Assembly: GCA_035536315.1 (NCBI GenBank)
Contig: DATLOJ010000058.1
Span: 1-60,849 of the forward strand
From: Actinomycetota bacterium
Lineage (GTDB): Bacteria; Actinomycetota; CADDZG01; JAHWKV01
Direction: 5' to 3'
DNA length: 60,849 bases
Shown here: piece by piece, positions 55,612 through 60,849 of the stretch
How the letters are laid out: each line of letters opens with the position of its first letter
Position numbering within the stretch: position 1 is the stretch's first letter
Position numbers and translations under genes: made by a program
The notes under the pieces: model-generated
Databases searched by the model: none
Told to the model about the DNA's origin: nothing
Seen by the model: the letters and a program-made list of their open reading frames with translations, nothing else

Positions 55612-57085
55612 CTTTGAGTACCGAGGTCAGGTGACGTTTATTTTCGGGGGTGGCGAAGTCCAGCATCAGGTCGGACTCACCTATTACTTCATCCACTCTA
55701 CTGCCCGACCGCACGTAAAAGACCGGACTCGGCACCCCCTCGACGGACGTGACTGCAACGGCCACGCCGTCAGGACGGTCGTAGTCCACAAAGTGCGCAA
55801 GAGGGTGGATGCCCTCGTCCACGAGTCCTTGCTTCTTGTCGAAGCCAACGACTCGCGCCAGATACATCTTTTGATTCCACAGTTCCGGCCCCCGTGTGGC
55901 CTCGTCCAGAAGGAAGTCGACCAGGTCGGAACCTTTGACTGGAGTGCGCTTAGGGGTCTGTCCGAACTGTCTCTGAGCAATATGCGAGGCAAGGATGCGG
56001 GTGCAGTAGCGGAACGCATGCACGGCCGCGCCGCCAGGCCCGCGCATACCCACCGCGCCCTGGGTTATCGACCCCGTGAAGTAGATCCCGGGGACTGACG
56101 CACTCTCCCAGTAGGGAGTTTGGCCGGGAAGCCGCCCCCCTGAAAATGTGGCTACTCCAATATCAGGCAGGTCCTGCAGAGGAGCAGATACTCCGGTGGT
56201 TGCCACCGCCGCGTCGAAATCGAGAGACAGCTCCCAGTTAGCCATCGAGCCCCTTAGAGATACGCGAAACCCCTCATGCATTTTTTCGATGCGTTCCGTC
56301 GATGCATCGAGAATCGTGACCGTCCTCCCGCCGATGGCGTAGTCCTCGAGCGGCTGGGTGTACCTGGCGCGCAAACCCGCGAGGGATCTCTCAACAACGG
56401 AGAGCTTTACCTCACTTGGGGACGACAGGACCATGCTCTTGGCCCATGGAAGGAGCCCGTCCGCAACTTCGAAGGCAGAGGTCGCTTTGCCGAGAATGTA
56501 GAGACTTTTACCTGCGTAGGTCTTTGGGGGGCCCATCTCGATGTAATGAGGAATGTCTTCTATTCCCGGGATGTTCGGAGGCTTCCACGGCTCGGCAACA
56601 CCGACTCCGAAAACGGCCACTCTGCAGGAGTAATCACCCTCCGAGGTTTTGATTACGAATCCGTTTTCGTTTCGCTCGGTCCCCTCCCAAGTGCATCCGT
56701 ACCGGACCTGGATCTTGTTCTTTTCTGCGTATGTCGTTATCGCTTTGTGCATCTCTTCGCGTGATGGGAACTCCGAGGTGCCATCCATGAACTGCCCTAC
56801 CCCCACCCAGTCGGCGGGGTCGTCGGCCAGGAGGCTGTTCCAATCGAACCACTCGTACTCTCGAGTTCCCTCTTTTACGGGTGCGTACGGCTTGGTCCAG
56901 CTGACGAGCCGGTCGAACAAAGGAAATTGGCGGAACATTCCGCCCGGTTCCTCATCCTTGGAGATGACGGCATGTTCGATGCCGTGGCGGCGGAGAAAGT
57001 AGCTGGTCTGTAATCCGCCCGGCCCGCTGCCCACAACCACAACCGGATAGTCCCCCGGCGGAAAGGGGCGGTCTACGGGCGCCAC
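55598..57085 (-). CDS. FAD/NAD(P)-binding oxidoreductase (flavin-monooxygenase / YpdA-like two-dinucleotide-binding fold) with about 130-aa C-terminal extension
   Basis: VVVVGSGPGGLQTSYFL (GxGxxG), a second site SLYILGKATSAFEVA, and late FTGSITQG. Confidence 0.8.
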   Translation of the reverse strand: MAPVDRPFPPGDYPVVVVGSGPGGLQTSYFLRRHGIEHAVISKDEEPGGMFRQFPLFDRLVSWTKPYAPVKEGTREYEWFDWNSLLADDPADWVGVGQFMDGTSEFPSREEMHKAITTYAEKNKIQVRYGCTWEGTERNENGFVIKTSEGDYSCRVAVFGVGVAEPWKPPNIPGIEDIPHYIEMGPPKTYAGKSLYILGKATSAFEVADGLLPWAKSMVLSSPSEVKLSVVERSLAGLRARYTQPLEDYAIGGRTVTILDASTERIEKMHEGFRVSLRGSMANWELSLDFDAAVATTGVSAPLQDLPDIGVATFSGGRLPGQTPYWESASVPGIYFTGSITQGAVGMRGPGGAAVHAFRYCTRILASHIAQRQFGQTPKRTPVKGSDLVDFLLDEATRGPELWNQKMYLARVVGFDKKQGLVDEGIHPLAHFVDYDRPDGVAVAVTSVEGVPSPVFYVRSGSRVDEVIGESDLMLDFATPENKRHLTSVLKDVTG

Positions 57086-57495
57086 TCGAGGGTCTGCCGG
57101 AGCCGCCCAGTCTCAACTTTAAGCATCCGAAACATCAGTTCCGGAAACGAGACGAGAAGCTGGTGAAGGTCCGAACCCGGCAGCGTCATGCACCGCAGGA
57201 ACGTGAGTGAGACCACGTCCGCGGTTGCGGGTTCGTCGAGGAGAACCGCTACTTCTCCAAAGAAGTCTCCGCGTCCAAGCTTCGTCCGCGATACGCCGTC
57301 GATTCGCACCTCGGCCTCGCCCTCGACTATCAGGTAAAAGTCGGGATGAGAGAATCCTTGCCTCAGAACTCTTTGTCCCTGAGGAAAAGAGACCTCCTCG
57401 CATGTGTGCGCTACCGCCTCGATTTGAGGACGCGAAAGGTCGGCAAAGAGCGCTAGAGACGCGAGCACGTCAGTCAGGTCCTGATCCGCCTTCAT
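57073..57495 (-). CDS. Stand-alone cyclic-nucleotide-binding (CAP-effector-like) domain protein, degenerate phosphate-binding cassette
   Basis: LFADLS...GDFFGEVAVLLDEPATADVVS. The ATG at 57495 overlaps the upstream stop (ATGA). Confidence 0.8.
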   Translation of the reverse strand: MKADQDLTDVLASLALFADLSRPQIEAVAHTCEEVSFPQGQRVLRQGFSHPDFYLIVEGEAEVRIDGVSRTKLGRGDFFGEVAVLLDEPATADVVSLTFLRCMTLPGSDLHQLLVSFPELMFRMLKVETGRLRQTLEWRP

Positions 57496-57926
57496 TCGCT
57501 TCCTTTCTCGAGAACCGAATACCAAAGCTCATCATCCGCGCCGCGCACGAATAGATCGAGCCGGCCCGCGCTCCATGTGCAGGCCACCGACTTAGGATCG
57601 ACTGGAGCACCCGCGACGGGGTGCCATTTGCCCCACGAGCCGTCGTAAACCAAGTGGCGCAGGACACCATCGCTGCCAATGCCAAAAACGTCTATTTGAT
57701 TCGCATCAAGGGCGGCCGCCGCCGGATCGCCTCGAAAGTCGCTCCCGTGCGAGTACCACGGATGCCAGGCCTTGCCGTCCCAGTAGGTGCTTCCGAGCTC
57801 GCCCGTGCCTTTTACGCCAAATACCTGTACTTCTCCCTTGGTACCCCACGACGCAGCGGATGGACGCGAGCCGAGGTCGCTGGTGAGCGAGCTCCATCCG
57901 TCTTCCTGAGGTGACTCAGAGTTCAT
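57492..57926 (-). CDS. Three-repeat Trp-rich propeller-blade protein (DUF346/PLL-lectin-like repeats), no signal peptide
   Basis: Three units of about 45 aa: W..L...LGS.P.A.SW....V.VF..G..G.L....WDG. Examples are IDVFGIGSDGVLRHLVYDGSWGKW and LDLFVRGADDELWYSV. Confidence 0.62.
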   Translation of the reverse strand: MNSESPQEDGWSSLTSDLGSRPSAASWGTKGEVQVFGVKGTGELGSTYWDGKAWHPWYSHGSDFRGDPAAAALDANQIDVFGIGSDGVLRHLVYDGSWGKWHPVAGAPVDPKSVACTWSAGRLDLFVRGADDELWYSVLEKGSE

Positions 57927-57943
57927 ATATCGCAGCCTAATAC

Positions 57944-59521
57944 GTGGCCTCAGGCGAGAATTGCGCCGTGAGCCAGCGGACGGGAGGATCGACTCTGCGA
58001 AAGTTGGCGGAGGCTACTCCCCCATCACGGGATCGGTACGTTGATTTGCTTCGGGCCTTCAGCATCTGCGTAGTTGTTTTGGGCCACTGGCTGATCGCGA
58101 TTATCTACATCGCCGACGGGAAGGTCACCGGCGAAAACGCGCTCCACGTCGTTCCGGGCCTCTGGCTCGCGACCTGGGTGCTTCAGGTCATGCCGTTGTT
58201 TTTCTTCGTCGGCGGGTTTTCGAATCTTGTGACTATCGATGCGACCAAAAGACGCGGTGGGGCGTACGCCGACTTCATTCATGGACGCGTTTTGAGGCTG
58301 ATGAAGCCAACGGCGGTGATGCTCGCTTTTTGGATACCGATAAGCATCGGCGTTGATTTACTTTCGCGAGTCGGCGACCGGACACTCGAGCTCGCTACCG
58401 GGGTTCTCACCCGGCCCCTTTGGTTCATCGGGATCTACCTGATCATGATTGCTCTGGCCCCTCCGATGCTCTCGATGCACAGGCGCTTCGGCTGGAAAGT
58501 TCTTGCGGTAATGGTGGGCGGTGCCGCGCTGGTCGACGTACTTGCCATTGGAGTCGGTCTGGACTCGGTCGCTTACGTCAACTTTGCCTTCGTCTGGCTC
58601 TTCGTTCATCAGCTCGGATTTTTCTATGCAGACGGAACTCTATTGAGACTCGGACGTCCGGTTCTATGGATCATGGCGGCCGGTGGACTCGTAGCTTTGA
58701 TCGTCCTGACGACATCGGGAATCTACTCGCCCTCGATGGTTGGCCTGCGCGCCGAGCGCTCCAACACAAACCCTCCGACCATTGTCATCATCGCCCTGAC
58801 CGTTTGGCAGGCGGGCCTTGCGATGCTTCTGCGGCCCGCGCTTTCCCGTTGGCTCGAAAACATCGGAGTTTGGTCGAAAGTCATCGGCCTCAACGTGGTC
58901 ATCATGACGATGTTCCTGTGGCATCAGACCGCGATGCTCCTTGCGGTCGCCGTCCTTTATCCGTTGGGGTTTCCGCAGCCCATTGCTGGAACCGCCGAAT
59001 GGTGGGCGGTCCGTCCGATGTGGGTCGCGGCCCTCGCCGTCTTTCTTGCAGTCCTTGTCGCGATTTGGGGCCGCTTCGAACGCGGGGGCCGGTCGGAGAT
59101 GGTCAAGTACGGAGGCGGGCATGGACTTGCCCGAAATACTTCTTCCGTAGTTGGGACGACTCTGATCCTTATCGGCATCCTTGGATTCGCCGTCTCGGGC
59201 TTCGAGGCTTTCGCCTCACCCAACGGAGATCAGCTTGTATTTCTCGAGGTCAATCCGCTTCAGAACGTCGTCCACTTGATAATCGGGTGGTTGCTGGTTA
59301 GAGAGTCGCTCGAGGATCCCGCCGCCGGCGCGATCGCCGGAGCACTTCGCATCATGTCAATAGCCGCCGCAGCCCTGCTGTTTCCGGGAAGGGCCATCGC
59401 CTCCGCCCTCGCGCTCGAGATGCCCGGTGTCCTTCTATATCTGTTCCTTGCAGCTGCCTTGCTGGTGGCAGTGGTCCTAAGTGGTCGCAGCCGCTCCCAA
59501 GCCGCGGCCGGACTCAGCTGA
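57944..59521 (+). CDS. Membrane acyltransferase family 3 (OafA/YrhL-like) fused to a DUF4383-like C-terminal membrane module
   Basis: RYVDLLRAFSICVVVLGHW and about 10 TM segments. The C-terminal segment is VVGTTLILIGILGFAVSGF...NPLQNVVHLIIGWLLV. Confidence 0.78.
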   Translation: MASGENCAVSQRTGGSTLRKLAEATPPSRDRYVDLLRAFSICVVVLGHWLIAIIYIADGKVTGENALHVVPGLWLATWVLQVMPLFFFVGGFSNLVTIDATKRRGGAYADFIHGRVLRLMKPTAVMLAFWIPISIGVDLLSRVGDRTLELATGVLTRPLWFIGIYLIMIALAPPMLSMHRRFGWKVLAVMVGGAALVDVLAIGVGLDSVAYVNFAFVWLFVHQLGFFYADGTLLRLGRPVLWIMAAGGLVALIVLTTSGIYSPSMVGLRAERSNTNPPTIVIIALTVWQAGLAMLLRPALSRWLENIGVWSKVIGLNVVIMTMFLWHQTAMLLAVAVLYPLGFPQPIAGTAEWWAVRPMWVAALAVFLAVLVAIWGRFERGGRSEMVKYGGGHGLARNTSSVVGTTLILIGILGFAVSGFEAFASPNGDQLVFLEVNPLQNVVHLIIGWLLVRESLEDPAAGAIAGALRIMSIAAAALLFPGRAIASALALEMPGVLLYLFLAAALLVAVVLSGRSRSQAAAGLS

Positions 59522-59525
59522 GGCT

Positions 59526-59930
59526 TCAGGGAAGAGTAGCTAGAAGGTCGCTTACCCGGCGACGGATGTCATCGCGAATTGCAGCCACCTGGTCTGGGGG
59601 GTTGCCTTTTGGGTCATCCAGGTCCCAATCTTCGAGGGGGAGGCGAAGGGCAGGGCAAGCCTCTTGCACGTTGCACCCCATTCCGATGATTCGAAACGCC
59701 TCACTGGCAAGTTGCTGATCGAGCAGCCTGCCCGGCCCCCGATCAATCTCGATGCCGGCATCCCTCATTGCAGCGACAACCTCCGGATGCGGTTCGGGGG
59801 CCGGATCCGTCCCAGCCGAGGCTACCCGGTAGCGATCCGTTGCCTCCGCTCGAAAAAACGCCTCGGCCATTCGGGACCGCCCGGCATTGTGAACGCAGAC
59901 GAACAGAATCAGGGGCCGGGAGTCCTTCAT
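59526..59930 (-). CDS. arsC: Arsenate reductase, LMW-PTPase (thioredoxin-coupled) type
   Basis: ILFVCVHNAGRSRMAEAFF (Cx5R P-loop). Adjacent to arsM. Confidence 0.88.
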   Translation of the reverse strand: MKDSRPLILFVCVHNAGRSRMAEAFFRAEATDRYRVASAGTDPAPEPHPEVVAAMRDAGIEIDRGPGRLLDQQLASEAFRIIGMGCNVQEACPALRLPLEDWDLDDPKGNPPDQVAAIRDDIRRRVSDLLATLP

Positions 59931-60680
59931 CTAATGACCCCTTGTGGCTTTTACGATCGCGGAGAACATTCCGCCCGCCACTTCGTGCGTGGGAGTGACG
60001 ACCACATCCGAGAAGCCTGCCGCGCGGAGGCCCCTCTCGTATTCGCAGAAGGACAATGCCCCGGCTATACAACCGACGTAGCTGCCGCGCTCCGCCCTTT
60101 GTTCGGCAGTCAAGGAGTCTGCTGCAACGATGTCGCTGATTCCGATCCGGCCACCGGGCCGAAGGACACGGTGCATCTCTTCAAACACGCGATTCTTGTC
60201 GGTCGACAAGTTGATGACACAGTTGGATATGACCACATCGACCGAGTGGTCGGGCAATGGAATGTCTTCGATATGACCCCTTAGGAACTCCACGTTCGCC
60301 GCACCGGCCTCTTGCTGATTGCGGCGGGCCAGCGTCAGCATCTCGTCGGTCATATCGAGTCCGTAAGCGAATCCTTCCGGCCCGACTCTCTTGGCCGAAA
60401 GCAAAACGTCGATGCCACCTCCCGATCCAAGGTCGAGAACGACCTCACCCGGATTGAGATCGGCCACGGCCGTTGGGTTCCCGCACCCGAGGCTCGCCAG
60501 AACCGCCGCATCGGGCAGGCCCTTCGTTTCACTCGCCTCATACAGAGACGAGCCAAACGATGAATCTCCGCAACACGATGCCTCTGGGCCACAGCAGCTT
60601 GATGGGCCGGTTTGATCTATGACGTTCAAAGCGGCGCGTGCATATCCCTGCCTGACTTCCTCCCTGATGTCCTGCGCCAT
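59931..60680 (-). CDS. arsM: Arsenite S-adenosylmethionine methyltransferase
   Basis: Conserved Cys clusters ([24 protein letters not shown]), SAM motif [12 protein letters not shown], and ISNCVINL. Confidence 0.9.
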   Translation of the reverse strand: MAQDIREEVRQGYARAALNVIDQTGPSSCCGPEASCCGDSSFGSSLYEASETKGLPDAAVLASLGCGNPTAVADLNPGEVVLDLGSGGGIDVLLSAKRVGPEGFAYGLDMTDEMLTLARRNQQEAGAANVEFLRGHIEDIPLPDHSVDVVISNCVINLSTDKNRVFEEMHRVLRPGGRIGISDIVAADSLTAEQRAERGSYVGCIAGALSFCEYERGLRAAGFSDVVVTPTHEVAGGMFSAIVKATRGH

Positions 60681-60681
60681 T

Positions 60682-60849
60682 TCAAATCCCTTTCGTGTCG
60701 AAGAGCTTCTTGACTTGGTTGAGTGCCTTCTTGTTGATCGAGTAGTAAGCCCAGGTGCCTCGCTGCTGCCGGGAAAGGAGGCCGGCGGCCACGAGCTTCT
60801 TCAAGTGAAAGCTGGTCGTTGGCTGCGAAAGATCCAGGTTGCCGGTGAG
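60682..60849 (-). CDS. arsR: ArsR/SmtB-family metalloregulator, C-terminal part only (5' end beyond window)
   Basis: The minus-strand frame reads LTGNLDLSQPTTSFHLKKLVAAGLLSRQQRGTWAYYSINKKAL...KGI, with a stop at 60682-60684. Confidence 0.85.
   Translation of the reverse strand, partial: LTGNLDLSQPTTSFHLKKLVAAGLLSRQQRGTWAYYSINKKALNQVKKLFDTKGI

Noticed and set aside
1-60849. Search for mobile elements, integrases, prophage genes, toxin-antitoxin pairs, restriction-modification or other defence islands
   Set aside because: No transposase, integrase, recombinase, nuclease or methylase-pair signatures were recognised in any frame. Apart from the 21-bp inverted repeat at 53144-53306, no terminal repeats were seen.

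Overview
High-GC (about 60%), gene-dense chromosomal window with about 60 protein genes and no rRNA, tRNA, CRISPR array or recognisable transposase. By eye it looks like Actinomycetota. This rests on a GlgC plus GT4 'Corynebacterium-type' glycogen synthase pair, a zinc-ribbon/RNase H pair arranged like mycobacterial Rv2229c-Rv2228c, an F420/LLM oxidoreductase, an ECF sigma factor, and frequent 1-4 nt stop/start overlaps. The taxonomic call is inference only.

Main blocks:
- Housekeeping genes: RNase H, sirtuin, DEAD-box helicase, CspA, TypA/BipA.
- A DrrAB-like ABC-2 exporter with a MarR regulator.
- The glgC-glgA pair.
- Two paralogous Liv-type (branched-chain amino-acid-like) ABC importers with progressively fused subunits.
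- A lipid-scavenging cluster: TetR, acyl-CoA ligase, anchored lipase, acyl-CoA dehydrogenase, flavin reductase.
- A complete type II fatty-acid synthase operon.
- A PP2C/anti-sigma-kinase sensor with a STAS partner.
- An arsR-arsM-arsC operon at the right edge.

Most unusual observations:
1. In the second Liv-type operon, one ATPase is fused to a PucC/BCD-family MFS membrane domain (28357-30354). The other ATPase is fused behind both permeases in a single 861-aa chain (30351-32933).
2. The FAS II operon is led by a translationally coupled ECF sigma factor with no anti-sigma gene. It also carries a 105-aa biotinyl/lipoyl-like barrel protein, lacking the canonical modification motif, wedged between fabD and fabH.
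3. A four-gene overlapping operon encodes a three-blade propeller-repeat protein, a degenerate cNMP-binding protein, a flavoprotein and a SnoaL-like protein.
4. A KAS III-like protein has Ser-His-His in place of Cys-His-Asn and no canonical start codon for its conserved N-terminus.
5. A 108-aa protein has 22 His in its first 76 residues.
6. A 21-bp inverted repeat encloses about 120 nt upstream of typA.

All family assignments come from motif recognition by eye. No searches were run.
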